The notes beneath the pieces were generated by a model. It was not told where the DNA came from. It was given only the letters and a program-made list of their open reading frames with translations, and made no database searches. From NCBI GenBank assembly GCA_043228905.1, contig JBHGNT010000011.1:15376001-15440000 (forward strand): a stretch of 64,000 bases of DNA. Direction: 5' to 3'. Made by a program: the position numbers and the translations under genes. Below, piece by piece: positions 22,774 through 34,916 of this stretch (within the stretch, counting starts at the first letter, position 1; every line of letters begins with the position of its first letter). The DNA is from Azolla caroliniana (taxonomy: Eukaryota > Plantae > Polypodiophyta).

Positions 22774-24742
22774 AGACGGGCCGGTTTTCTCCGTCCCAAC
22801 TCTCTTGGCGCATACCGGAGGATGCGCGGTTAGGTGGGGGCGGATGTCGTGAAGAAAACCGTCCATAGGCGGAATCGGCGCACCAAGGCGTGGGAACCGG
22901 TTCTTCACGCGCGCACGCTCCGAGTTGTACATAGAAACGAATTGAGAGGATAATCGGCAGGAACGGGCCCTAACTCAAGTGGAGACAAAGACCGCGCGAA
23001 CAGTCTTTTCGGTCGCGCGCGCGAACTGTACGAGTCGGCGGCGTAACTACGCGGATCCGTGAAAAACGGAGCGGATCCCTGTCCAAAAGGGACAGGGAAT
23101 AAAGCTGACACGACGGCCTGTTCGTCGGCCTATATAAGGAGCGGGAAAGAGCTGTTGCAGGGATCTGGCGCGGAGAGGACGAAGTGCTGTCGGACCGTTT
23201 CTGGACGCTTCGCTCTCTCTGTTTCCTTCCTTCTTGAGCTCCAAAGCTTTCTGTGCAGGGTTCCGGGGAGGCTCGCGCTGTTTCGAGGAACGCCCGAGTG
23301 CTTCCGGCAGCACCTCCGACCTGCTACCCCCCCCCCCATTTCCCCGTTTGTGCGTCGAAGCGAACAGGCATCGGCATCTGTTCGCCGGCCTGTTCGGTTG
23401 CAACCAACCTGTGCCCCATCGGGGGTTGTAGTCGTGTTAGCCATTTTGTTAATACACATATTTAGTCATTCGCATCCGTCTGTGTCGGTGTCTGTTCGCG
23501 TTCTCCGTGCTGAAGGGCCGTGTCCCTGTGTATCCCCGGTCCTGCGTAGCCGGTTCTCTCTCTTTCTCCTCCCTCGCTTGCTCTTTGGTTCGAGACCCCC
23601 GCGGTCCCGCCTCTATTCCACACGCACTTGCGTAATATCTCGACACCGGGTACATTCGTCATCCGGCTCCGAAGCCGGGGTCTTCATCATCCGGTTCCGA
23701 AACCGCAACCGGGCTTGTCGGCATTCATCTCTGACATCCGACCATCCCATCCGAAAGGGACCGTAATCCCAACATCTGTGTTATTCCTTGTCTCTCTCTC
23801 TCACTCTCTCTCTCTCATACACACACATAACTCACATCTCTTCCGCTTCACAAGAATCATATCCGATTCTTTACATAAAGGATGTAAGCTCAAATGTCTG
23901 AGCTCCATCAAATATAATTTAGGCATTGACAATGTCGTCAACTATAATAATGTGCCATTTAAAAGCCAATGTGGAAAGCCATCACATCTCCATATTTATC
24001 ACCAAATATCACTTTCCTCTACACACTTAGTGCTGATTTTGAAATCAAGAATGAAGCTTTGAGAGGACTAGCTGAGCAAAACATACTTGAACACTATTTT
24101 TTAGTCATTGCAATGACTCATCATGAGAATTCACCATGATGGCTCACGAAAATAGTTTACCATGGTAAGAGTTGTTGATGGCCCCCTACATTATTTTGGA
24201 AATTCAACACGTTGTCGTGAAGAAAACCAGCCATAGGCGGAATTGGAGAGAAAGCGCGTAAACCGGCCCTTACACGGATGAACGCGTGACTGGATACTTT
24301 GCACGCGAACCGGTGGATGTAACTACTAAGCCGCACGCATTTATTAGAGGGGATTGTGCGTATCCCGGTTGGGGGGGGGGGGGGGGACAGGGAATAAAGG
24401 CAAGAGGAGAAGAGAAGGACGATATCGCGCGCGAGGAGAAGGAAGGAGGTTGCGGCAGAACGGAAGGCGGAGCTCTCTCTCTACGACTCGAATCGTCGCT
24501 CCCTGCGGGTGTCGGGAGGTCGCTGCCTCTGATTCGTGGACAACCCGTGTGCTTCCAGCAGAGTCGCTCCCCTTCCCCTTTGTTTCCTTGAGTCGTTGAC
24601 TGTAGTCGGTGTGCGTGAGTAGGGTCCTCGTGTCGGGCCCGTCGCCACTTTGTCGGTTGTAATCGTCAGAGTCTGTAATCTCTGTCATTATAATTAAGTG
24701 TTGTGTTCTGTTTCTCTCTTCTCGCTTCTACGTGTTGGTGAA

Positions 24743-24783
<41 letters not shown>

Positions 24784-25916
24784 CCTCGGTCCAAGACCCT
24801 CGTGGTCCCGCCCCTTTCTACACGTACGCGCGTAACAACGCGACATATATTCGTGAACCCGACGTGAAAGGGCGGCAAAGGAGTCGAAAGATGAGGGGAT
24901 CGGAGCTAGCAGAGGCAATGGCGGTGGCCGTCGACCGGCTGGTGAGCGCTCGTGAGGGAACGGGTACCCTCGACAGAGCCATTGAATCGATCGTCGGCTC
25001 TATAGGCCGTTTCGGAGGGAAAGACGGCCACAAGTTATTTGGAGGCTTACCGGGCCGAAATGATCATGAGGGATATCCCAGTGTACAGGCGGCTGTCCGG
25101 ATTCCCTCGGGTGGTGACGCCGGGCATCCATGCGAAGGTGCTCGAGGTGTTGGCCGGATGCCAGACATGGGAGGAGTTCGAGCTGTAGCTCCTCGAGAAG
25201 TACGGGTTTGACGACTCGCTCCGGCTGTCGAGGCGGGACTTCATGGCGTGGGTGGAAAGCCCCAAAAAAGCGAGGAACACGTTGGTGCTCCTCCAGGAGT
25301 TCGAAAAACGGTTCGCGCGGCTGTCGACGCTGGACCGGACGGTGCTCAAGACGAGTCGAGTGCTGTTGTTTGTCAAGTCGGTGGATGCGCTCGACAGGGA
25401 AAAGGTGGGTCCCCTACTGGAAACGGATGAAGGGCTCACAACGGATTGGGCCGTGGTAAAACGGGTTTGCAGCCGTTTCGACAAACGGCGCGATTGGAGC
25501 AACGGAAGCACATCGGGGTCGGAGCCGGTCCCGGGGAGGAGGCTCGAGGAGCCGGTTTCGGTGCCGGCTGGGAGGAAGGAAGAGACCCGAATCTAGCCGA
25601 AATCGGGGTCGGCATCGAATGACATGGTCAGAGGCCCGTCCGGAGGAGCGGCTCTGGAGGAGCTATCACAGATGGTGCGCGACCTGCAGATCGCACAGGC
25701 CCGAAGACACAGCAGTGAACAACCTCGCGACCGGAGGCTGTCGACTGGGCAACGGTGCATGTGGTGTGACGCGATCGGTCACATTCGGAAGGACTGCGCG
25801 GATTTCGCCGACGCGCTCAGGACCAACGTGGTGTACCTCTGGAACGGGCGGGTGCACGCGAGCGAGACCTGGAGAGCCCTGGAATACGGGGCGCGGCGGA
25901 ATGAAGAGGTTGATGG

Positions 25917-26724
25917 TGATGGGAACCTATGTTCCTTATGCGCAATGCTCGGCCACAACCGAGATTCTTTTCATACACAGAAAAACGGGAAATACAACAC
26001 GATACAAAGGAGAGGAAGATACACACACACTACACAGGAGGTTAACGTGGAAAACCCCAAACTGGAGGAAAAACCACGGCAGCTCACATGCTGCAAACTG
26101 TCACTATGTATGAATGTACAAAACAGTGAGTTCTCAGAGGCAACGACCTCGGACTCACGCTCTTCGCCACAGGCGGCGGTTACAACAGAGGCAACGACCT
26201 CGTTCTCTCTCTCTCTCTCTGTACACTATTACGTACTCTCACTTCTTCTTGCACCAACAAGAAAAGTAACAACAACAACAGTAACTAAAAGTTTGCCCTA
26301 AGTCATATTTATACTAATATGACTTTTCGGCTATTTACAAATGTAGCCTCGATGGGCTCTCAGAAACATATTTACGAATATGTCTCTTCCTCCGGTTCGT
26401 ACCGGGCTTGCACCATCCAGTTCTCCGTAGCCGGGTACTCCTCATCCGGTTCATACCAAGCCTGCACCATCCGGCTCTCCGTAGCCGGGTACTCCTCATC
26501 CGGTTCATACCAGGCCTGCACCATCCGGCTCTCCGTAGCCGGGTACTCCTCATCCGGTTCATACCGGGTCTGCACCATCCGGCTCTCCGTAGCCGGGTAA
26601 TCCTCGTCCGGTTCATACCGGGTCTGCACCATCCGGCTCTCCGTAGCCGGGTATTCCTCATACCGTTTCTGTTCGTCGGCACTGTTCTTCTCTCTTCCCA
26701 TCCGGAGGGACCTGTCTCCCAACA
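25917..26724 (-). mobile_element. Solo LTR of a Copia C-related family
   Basis: Ends TGATG...CCCAACA as in the C LTRs. It shares the blocks AACGTGGAAAACCC, CGCCACAGGCGGCGG and TTTGCCCTAAGTCATATTTATAC with them. TSD GATGG/AATGG (one mismatch). The flanks rejoin as E gag MKRLM|EEA. Confidence 0.85.
26391..26660. repeat. 54-bp tandem repeat, 5 copies, inside the solo LTR
   Basis: Unit TCCGGTTCATACCAGGCCTGCACCATCCGGCTCTCCGTAGCCGGGTACTCCTCA starts at 26391, 26445, 26499, 26553 and 26607. Confidence 0.93.
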
Positions 26725-27732
26725 AATGGAAGAGGCCGTGACACGGCACATCGAAGCCGTTAACTGGCTGGGGAAGAAGAGGCGGACCGCGCGGAACAGC
26801 GGGTCCAGGAGGTCACCGGTTGGGACAATCCGGTGGAAGAGAAAACGGGCTTCGTAGAAGCCACTTACCAGAACTACGAGGTTTTGGTGGAGGACAAACG
26901 GGTAGGAAAGGCCGGAGGGGTCGCCCCCCCGAGGTATGAGACCCGGTTCGGACCGAAACCGACCGGTGCCGGCAACCCGAGCGCACCGGACGGAAAGAAG
27001 CAGGCGGGGTTTCGGTTGAGCACAGAGATCAAAAGGACCACAGACCTGCGAAGGGTCCTGGAAGAGCGAATCCTCGACAGTAAAGTGGAGTTGTCGTTGC
27101 GGGAGGTGCTGGGAATCGCCAAGAGGGAGTTCCATGACTCTATCGTAGACTTGGTGAAGCGGAAGAGGCTCTCGACAGAGCCGGAACCGGAGAAGCCGGT
27201 GGAAGTGAGGACCACGCACCTGGAAGACGGAGCCTTGGAAGATGAGTTGGCGAGAAGCCACTACACGAAGCCGCATTGGGCCAGGGTGACTACGGAAACC
27301 CATGTACGGATCGACAACGTTCTGGAACCGGTGGTGGCATTGGTAGACCATGGATCCGAAATCAACCTGATGTCCATGGATTTCTACAAGAAGGGTAAAT
27401 GGCCGATCAACACCAAGCACGGCTCGAAGATACGGGCAGCGACACGCGCCACGGAAGAACTACATGGGGCATGTCCGAACGTACGGGTGAAAATCGGCAA
27501 TGTCAAGATCGACCAGCACTTCTTCGTGCAGGAGACGTCCTCGCATCCGGTTATACTAGGAGAGACATATATCACGGCGGCACGAATGGAGACCAAGGTG
27601 TTGGACAATGGTTCAGCCTATGCAAGAGTCAAGAGCCAGGACGGGCGTCACTCGGTCCAGTTCCTAACGGTGCGACCAAACCACGAGCGTAACCGCGAGG
27701 CCCTCGGCAACGAAACCCGAGGGGATTTTAAG

Positions 27733-30635
27733 AGAGGGCTATCAAGGGGTGGTGCCGCGATAGTCTGGACTCCCGGGAACAACCCCACAAATGTACAGTA
27801 CGGAAGAAGACTTGTACCATGGGTAGGAAGTTTTGGTTCTCCGACAACGGAGGTTGTACTATAACCAACGTCAGCGGCCGGGAGAGGAAGCGAGCGGAGG
27901 AGCGGCTCAAGGGATGCGGAGTCCTCTTCCCTGACGAAGACATCAGCGGCGCCATGGAGGCGGTCTCTTTTGACGACACCTTGGGCGAACTACGAAAGGT
28001 GATCGATGAAGACCTTAGAGAAGACCGGACCATTCCGATAGGGTCGATGGGAATGTACGAAGTCATCGCAGACTTTGGGAAAAGGATCGGGTCGGATCGG
28101 ACGGCCCGCGTGGATACGAAATACAAGACTGTGGACCGGATGGTGAGACCAGTCGCGGCACCCTTGCCGGAGGGCAGCGAGGAGCGGATAAAGGGGGTCG
28201 CGTCGGACCCAAGTTTACGAAATCCAGCTGGCATAGGGCACCGATTCATTGACATAACGCGACGGGAGCTCAAGGTCGGTGGGGGCGGCTTTCTACTACC
28301 GGCGGAGGAGGACCGGTTTCGGAGAATGCTCGGAAGGCACGGGAAGGCTTTCGCATTCTCACCGGAGGAGATCGGGTGCGTAGACCCGACAGTTGTCGAA
28401 CCGATGGTGATCTTCACGGTACCGCATGTACCGTGGAATCTCAAGCCGATTCCGGTGCCAAGAGCTCACATCCCGAAGTTGATGGAGATCCTAAAGCAAA
28501 AGGTGGAGATGGGCATCTTCGAACCGTCGAGTGCCTCGTATTCAAATCGGTGGTTTACGGTGCCGAAGAAGAACGGCACGCTGCGCTTCATCCAGGATCT
28601 ACAACCGGTCAACAAGGTGACCATCCGTAATGTAGGGATCGGACCGACCATAGACGAGTTCGTGGAGGCCTTCGTTGGAAGGTCGATCTATTCTGTCGGT
28701 GATCTGTACTCAGGGTACGATCAGTTCCAACTAGCCGTGGAGAGCAGAGACATTACGACGATGCGGACTCCTCTTGGCCTAGTGCGGATGTGTACCCTGC
28801 CACAAGGAGGGACGAACTCAGTGGCTCACATGGTGAACGCGATGAACAAAGTGCTCAGGGATTGTATCTCGGACATCAACATCCCGTTCTTAGACGACAT
28901 CCCGATCAAGGGATGCCCAATGGATAAAAGGGATGAGGCAATCGGGCCGGACGGATGTTGGAATTTCGTGGCGTCCCACATCGATGACTACGAGAAGGTG
29001 CTGCTGAGACTAGAGCGCGCGAGGCTCACCTTCTCCGGGGAAAAGTCAGCCTTCGGACAGTCAAAGATCTTGGTGGTCGAACACCTGTGCGGGCCTTACG
29101 GTAGGAAACCGTCTCCGGCAAAGGTAGAGGCCATCTCCGCGATGAGGAACGTTTGCGGGTCGGTCACGGAGGTCTGCAGATTCTTGGGGGTATGCGCGTT
29201 CTACCACATCTGGATCCCGCACTACGCACATGTCGCGGAACCCCTCTACGGACTATTGAAAAAGGGGTGTAGCTTTGAGTGGAGGACGGAGCACGCGGAG
29301 TCGGTTCGGAGACTAAAGGAGGCACTTACGGCAGCGCCAGCTCCCCGTAGAGCGGTTTACGGCAAGGATGTTCCCATCTGCGTAACGGTGGACACAAGCC
29401 CGACCGGGATCGGGTGGGTAATCAGTCAGGAGGACAAGGGCGGGGTACGATTCCCGATCCGGTTCGGGGCGAAGGTATTGAGTGAGCGGCAGCAGGGGTA
29501 CGCCCAAGTTAAGCGCGAACTTTGGGGTGTCGTTTCGGCAGTCAAGGCCGACAAGGATTATCTGATCGGGACAAAGGTGATTATTGAGACGGACTGCCTG
29601 CCGATACTCAGCATGGTTTCCGGATGCGCGACGCCGGACCTAGCAATGCTCCGGTGGATAGCGTACATTAAGTCCCTGAACCCGGAGATACGACACATCT
29701 CCAGAAAGGACAACGCCATGCCCGACATGCTGTCGAGGGCAAGGTTCAACGACGAAGACGGCATGGTTTCGGAGGACGAAGAAGTCGGTGAGGACTTCTT
29801 CGGGTCGGCTACTGTAATGACAAGAAGGAAAGGGAACACTTCGGCGCTTAACGAATTTGACGAAAGCAGGTACAACGGGGAGTTCCTACGGACGATGACG
29901 TCGGACACAGCATGAGCGAGAGAGGAGGCGAGCCGGATACGGAGGAAGGCGTACCGATTCTTCCTGCGGGACGGGTGCATATGGAAACACCCAAAGAAGA
30001 GAAGCGACATCCCACTCTGAGTAGTGGCAAAGAAAGAAGAACAGGGGAAACTACTACCGACATTCCACGAGAGCCCATGGGCCGGACACCGCGGAACGTG
30101 GGCCACGTTCGAGAAGCTGAAGGAGAAGTACTGGTGGATGGGGCTATACCAGGACGTGCATCGGTTCGTAACGACCTGCGAAAGCTGTTAGGTGCACTCC
30201 ATAGTCCGACACTAGGACAAGCTACACCCGACCTACCCGCCTACTGTCCATTTCAAGTGGATGGTGGACTTGGTGACGATGCCGATGGGGGTAGGATAGA
30301 TGTGATGCCTGGTGCTTGCACGGGAAGACTTAACGAACCAGGTCGAAGGCCGTGCACTGCAAAGCAAGACAACCGCGGCGGTATGTCGGTTCCTAATCGA
30401 AGAAGTAGTGTGTTGGTAGGGGGTGCGTTGGGAGGATCGTGGCGGACCGAGGAGAGCTGGATGCGCGGGAGGCCGAGGAGTTGTTCGACCGGCAAGGCGT
30501 CAAACTCTCCCTCACCACGGTGTACAATCCGGAGGCGAATGGAAAGGTGGAACGTGGGCATGGACCGATTGTAAAGGCGTTGGTGCGTGCATGCGGTGGG
30601 CAGGTCGGGAATTGGCCGCGACTCCTTCCTTACGC
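27733..30635 (+). pseudogene. Gypsy E pol (RT, RNase H, integrase N-terminal part)
   Basis: A 698-aa ORF contains FLDD, VDTS and TDC. Multiple stops follow from 29913. It is cut at LLPYA by element G. Confidence 0.9.
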
Positions 30636-31424
30636 TGTCGGGGTTGCTACGCCCTTGCGTGTAGAAAGGAGGAGGGACCACGGGGGTCTCGAACCGAAGA
30701 GCAAGAGAGAGAGGAGTAAGAGAGAGAGACCCGATTACACAGAACCGAAGATCCGATTGCGCAGAACCGACGATTGCACAGGGACACGGCCCAACAAACA
30801 GAGATCACAAATAGACGCCGACGCAGATGGACGCAACAACGAGAGATATGTGCTTATGAACGCAAGAAAATAACAGACTAAAGTATTACAACCCACGGTG
30901 GGGCACAAAATAGATACTAACGGAAACGAACAGGGCGGCGAACAGCTGCCGACCCCTGTATGTCGCGACGCACAGAAGGGGAAAACAGGTCGGAGGTGCT
31001 GCAGGACGCACTCGGGGCGTTCCACGGAACAGCGCAAGCCTCCTCGAAACCTGCACAGGTACGCGATGGAGCAGAAGACAGAGAGAGCAGGAGTGAGAGA
31101 GAAGCTCCGAAATCGGTTCGGCAGCACTTTGTCCTCTCCGCGGGAGATGTCCGACTTCTATTCTTCCTCTTCCTTTTATAGCCCGTCAAGAGGCCGTTTG
31201 GCATTAACTGCATACCAACCGAATCTGCCCACCTAGGATCCTCGTATGTACCTACTTCGTCCTTAGGTACTTCTTGGCGCGCGCGTGTGTGTAGAGCCGT
31301 TTCCCACGCCTTGTTCCTCCGATTCCTCTTGTGGGCGGTTTTCTTCACGACATCCGCCCCCACCTAACCGCGCATCCGCCGGCATGCGCCAAATTGAGTT
31401 GGCACGGAGAAAACCGGCCCGCCT

Positions 31425-34400
31425 TTACTCTTCGCCTGCCGGCCCTTCCTCGGCCTCGGATCGGTCGTCGCTGCTATCCAGGAGAATCGGGTCAGGTTCG
31501 TCGTCGTGCCGCTTCTTGAAAGCTTTGATCCTCTTCCCGGCCACGGGTATCGCTATTCTCGTTCCGTCGAGTTCCGCCAGATGATACGTCCCGTTGTCGT
31601 TGGCGCTCTGTACCGTGTACGGCCCGAACCATCTCCGTGCGAACTTCCGCGTTGCTCGGTGCTGGTTGTCGAGGCTGCTGTCGTAGACGAGCACCCAGTC
31701 ACCTTCGTCGATTTTCTTCGGTCGTAGCCGGTGCGTTCGGTCGAACCGGGCTTTGTTCTTTGTCCTCGCCACCCGGAGCTTCTCCGTAGCCAGTGCCACG
31801 TCCTCCGGTCTCCGCTCGAGCTGTCGTATACGTGCGGCCAACAACTCCTCCCGGCTCATCTCGTCCCTCCAGTCGACCGTTGCCCACGAGGAGATCGTCC
31901 GTTCAATCGGCATGATCGGCTTCTGGCCGAACATGAGCTCCGTCGGCATGTACCCGGTTACCGAACTGTGCGTGGTCCGGTCTGCCCACAAAGCATAAGG
32001 TAGCAACCGCGGCCAGTTACCGACTCGGCCCCCGCATGCCCGAATCAACGCCTTGACGATCGGTCCGTGTCCGCGCTCCACCTTGCCATTCGCCTCCGGA
32101 TTGTACGCAGTGGTGAGCGAGAGCTTGACTCCAAGCCGGTCGAACAGCTCCGCGGCCTCTTCGGCGTCCAACTCCCCTCGGTCAGCCACGATCTTCCCGA
32201 CGCACCCGTACCGGCATATCACGTCCTCGACTAGGAACCGACACACGGCCGCGGTCGTCTTGTTCTGAAGGGCTCGGCCTTCCACCTGGTTCGTCAGGTC
32301 TTCCCGCGCTAGGACCAGATACCGCATCTGTCCTACCCCCATCGGCATCGTCACCAGATCTACCATCCATTTGAAGTGGATAGTCGGAGGGTACGTAGGG
32401 TGAAGCCCGTCCCGGTGTCGGACTATCGAGTGCATCTGACAACTCTCGCAAGTTGACACGAACCGATGCACGTCCCGGTACAATCCCGGCCACCAGTACT
32501 TCCCCTTCAGCTTCTCAAACGTCGCCCACGTTCCACGGTGTCCAGCCCAAGGGCTGTCGTGGTAGGCCGCCAGTAGCTCCTCCTGTTCTTCCTTCATCGC
32601 CACCACCCGGAGCGGGACGCCGTTCCTCTTCTTCGGGTGCTTCCACAAATGCCCATCTCGGAGAAGGAATCGATATGCTTTCTTCCGGATCCGGTTGGCC
32701 TCGTCCTTCGTCCATGACGCATCGGGCGTCATTGTCTTCAAAAACCCGCCGATCTGCAGCCATTCCCCGTCGTACTTGCTCGCGTCGAACTCGTTAAGCG
32801 CCGGAGTGCTCATCCCGTCGGTCGTTATGTATGCCGCCTCGAAGAAATCCACGCCGACTTCTTCGTCTTCCGAAACCATGCCGCCCTCGTCGTCGAACCT
32901 CGCCCTCGAAAGCATGTCGGCCATGGCGTTGTCTTTCCCGGAAATGTGTCGTATTTCCGGGTCCAGGGACTTGATGTACGCTATCCACCTGAGCATCGCC
33001 AGGTCCGGAGTCGCGCATCCGGAAACCATACCGAGAATCGGCAGGCAATCCGTCTCGATGATCACTTCCGTCCCTATCAGGTAGTCTTTGTCGGCCTTAA
33101 CCGCCGAAACAATACCCCAGAGTTCGCGTTTAACCTGGGCGTACCCTCGCTGCCGTTCACTGAGGACTTTCGCGCCGAATCGGATCGGAAACCGATTGCC
33201 GTCCTCGTCTTCCTGGTTCACGACCCATCCGATCCCGGTCGGACTGGTATCCACCGTTATGAATACCGGGGTACCCTTCCCGTAAACCGCCTTCCGGAGT
33301 GCCGGTGCCGCTGCAAGGGCCTCTTTCAGCTTCCGGACCGATTCCGCGTGCTTGTCTAGCCATTCGAACCTTCGCCCCTTTTTCAGCAACCCGTACAGTG
33401 GCTCCGCGACGTGTGCGTAATGCGGGATCCATATGTGATAGAACGCGCATGCCCCCAGGAATCTCCGTACTTCCGTGACCGAGCTGCAGTCGGGCTTCAT
33501 CGCGGAGATGGCTTCTACCTTTGCCGGAGACGGTTTCCGGCCATATGGTCCGCACAGGTGTCCGACCACCATGATTTCTGACTGCCCGAAGGCCGACTTC
33601 TCCCCGGAGAAGGTGAGTCTCGCATCCTCTAGCCTTTGCAGTACCTTCTCGCAGTCGTCGATGTGCGTCGCCACGAATCGCCGGCATCCGTCCGGCCCGA
33701 TCGTCTCGTCCTTTTCTTCCACCGGGCATCCCTTGATCGGGATGTCGTCCAGAAATGGCATGGTGATGTCCGGGATGCAGTCCCTCAGAACCTTGTTCAT
33801 CGCATTCACCATGTGGGCCACCGAGTTGGTCCCTCCTTGCGGCAGTGTACACATCCGAACTAGGCCGAGGGGAGTTCGCATCGTCGTAATGTCTCTGCTC
33901 TCCACGGCAAGCTGGAACTGGTCGTACCCTGAGTATAGATCCCCGACCGAGTAAATTGACCTTCCGGCGAAGGCCTCCGCGAACTCGTCTATGGTCGGCC
34001 CGATCCCTGCGTTCCGAATGGTCACTCGATTGACCGGCTGCAGGTCCTGGATGAAGCGCAACGAACCGTTTTTCTTCGGTACGGTAAACCATCGATTCGA
34101 ATATGGGGCGCTCGACGGCTCGAGAATTCCCATATCAACTTTCTGCCTCAGCAGCTCCATCAACTTCGGGATGTGAGCTCTCGGAACCGGGATTGGCTTG
34201 AGATTCCATGGTACATGCGGTACCGTGAAAATCACCATCGGCTCCACGATCGTCGGGTCAACGCACCCGATTTCCTCCGGCGAGAATGCGAAGGCTTTCC
34301 CGTGCCTTCCGAGCATTCTCCGAAACCGGTCTTCCTCCGCCGGCAGTAGGAACCCGCCCCCACCGATTTTGAGCTCTCGGAGCGTCTCGTCGGTGAAGGT

Positions 34401-34916
34401 GTGCCCTATGCAGGCCGGATCTCGTAGACTAGGGTCCGATGCAACCCCTTTGATTCTCGACGCGCTGTCCTCCGGTAAGGGTGCCGCGACTGGCCTTACC
34501 TTCCGGTCCACAGTCTTGTACTTGGTGCTTACGTGGGCCGTCCGAACTGACCCGAGCCCTCGACCGAAGTCCGCGACGACTTCGTACATCTCCTCGGAAC
34601 ACACCGGTATCGTCCGGTCTTCGTTAAGGCCTTCTTCGACTACCTTTCCCAGCATTCCCAAGGTGTCGTCGAATGAGACCGCCTCCACGGCTCCGTTGAT
34701 TTCCTCGTCAGGGCCGAGAACTCCGCACGCTCGAAGTCTCCCCTCCGCCTTTGTCTTCTCTCGGCCGCCGATGCCGACTATCGTACACGCTCCGCTGTCG
34801 GAGAACAAAAATTCCCTACCTATGGTACAAGGTTTCTTCGGTTTTATCGTACAGGTGTGGGGTTTTCCCGGGGTGTCCGGACTGTCGCGGCCCCACGCCT
34901 TGGCAGCCCTCTCTAA
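31425..34916 (-). CDS. Gypsy G ORF2: RT, RNase H, integrase
   Basis: An uninterrupted 1127-aa ORF extends upstream to the G_GAT_TTT heptamer at 34922-34916. Motifs match those of D. Confidence 0.92.
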   Translation of the reverse strand, partial: LERAAKAWGRDSPDTPGKPHTCTIKPKKPCTIGREFLFSDSGACTIVGIGGREKTKAEGRLRACGVLGPDEEINGAVEAVSFDDTLGMLGKVVEEGLNEDRTIPVCSEEMYEVVADFGRGLGSVRTAHVSTKYKTVDRKVRPVAAPLPEDSASRIKGVASDPSLRDPACIGHTFTDETLRELKIGGGGFLLPAEEDRFRRMLGRHGKAFAFSPEEIGCVDPTIVEPMVIFTVPHVPWNLKPIPVPRAHIPKLMELLRQKVDMGILEPSSAPYSNRWFTVPKKNGSLRFIQDLQPVNRVTIRNAGIGPTIDEFAEAFAGRSIYSVGDLYSGYDQFQLAVESRDITTMRTPLGLVRMCTLPQGGTNSVAHMVNAMNKVLRDCIPDITMPFLDDIPIKGCPVEEKDETIGPDGCRRFVATHIDDCEKVLQRLEDARLTFSGEKSAFGQSEIMVVGHLCGPYGRKPSPAKVEAISAMKPDCSSVTEVRRFLGACAFYHIWIPHYAHVAEPLYGLLKKGRRFEWLDKHAESVRKLKEALAAAPALRKAVYGKGTPVFITVDTSPTGIGWVVNQEDEDGNRFPIRFGAKVLSERQRGYAQVKRELWGIVSAVKADKDYLIGTEVIIETDCLPILGMVSGCATPDLAMLRWIAYIKSLDPEIRHISGKDNAMADMLSRARFDDEGGMVSEDEEVGVDFFEAAYITTDGMSTPALNEFDASKYDGEWLQIGGFLKTMTPDASWTKDEANRIRKKAYRFLLRDGHLWKHPKKRNGVPLRVVAMKEEQEELLAAYHDSPWAGHRGTWATFEKLKGKYWWPGLYRDVHRFVSTCESCQMHSIVRHRDGLHPTYPPTIHFKWMVDLVTMPMGVGQMRYLVLAREDLTNQVEGRALQNKTTAAVCRFLVEDVICRYGCVGKIVADRGELDAEEAAELFDRLGVKLSLTTAYNPEANGKVERGHGPIVKALIRACGGRVGNWPRLLPYALWADRTTHSSVTGYMPTELMFGQKPIMPIERTISSWATVDWRDEMSREELLAARIRQLERRPEDVALATEKLRVARTKNKARFDRTHRLRPKKIDEGDWVLVYDSSLDNQHRATRKFARRWFGPYTVQSANDNGTYHLAELDGTRIAIPVAGKRIKAFKKRHDDEPDPILLDSSDDRSEAEEGPAGEE

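Larger units (their letters stand above)
16363..23645 (+). mobile_element. Gypsy D, intact non-chromovirus Ty3/Gypsy, inserted in the 5' LTR of C
   Basis: LTRs 16363-17162 and 22845-23645 (TGTCG...CGACA) differ only in the length of a poly-C tract by eye. 4-bp TSD CCGG at 16359-16362 and 23646-23649. PPT GGTTAGGTGGGGGCGGA. Confidence 0.96.
11157..23774 (-). mobile_element. Copia C (Tnt1/Tork-like), near-intact, inserted in the 3' LTR of A
   Basis: LTRs 11157-11765 and 15880-23774 (the latter split by Gypsy D). TSD TCTGT at 11152-11156 and 23775-23779. PBS-Met appears as GCTCTGATACCA at 15865-15876 on the plus strand. PPT AGGGGGAGTT at 11766-11775 on the minus strand. Confidence 0.95.
1167..23875 (+). 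mobile_element. Copia A, outermost element of the first nest; degenerate, integrase core deleted
   Basis: LTRs 1167-1554 and 10865-23875 (the latter split by element C) have TG...CA ends. TSD TAAAG at 1162-1166 and 23876-23880. PBS-Met TGGTATCAGAGC at 1555. PPT GAGGGGGCA precedes 10865. Confidence 0.95.
24891..27732 (+). pseudogene. Gypsy E gag-protease, with stops and frameshifts, split by a solo LTR
   Basis: MRGSELAEAMAVAVDRLV..., CMWCDAIGHIRKDC and ALVDHGSEINLM are collinear with ORF1 of D. Confidence 0.88.

Noticed and set aside
22500-22844. Chromodomain or env-like ORF after the Gypsy integrase
   Set aside because: The integrase ends with a GPY/F module and a short acidic tail, and only ~70 bp separate the stop from the LTR.
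26335-27420. 361-aa minus-strand ORF with 18-aa repeats, and a CRISPR-like appearance of the array
   Set aside because: The ORF runs across the antisense of E gag and the 54-bp array. The units are head-to-tail with no unique spacers, there are no cas genes, and the context is eukaryotic.
27721-27864. Extended ORF1 in E suggesting a different expression strategy
   Set aside because: One T>A change (TTTTTAG to TTTTAAG) removes the ORF1 stop and creates a TAA in the pol frame. This is best explained as decay in an element with many other lesions.
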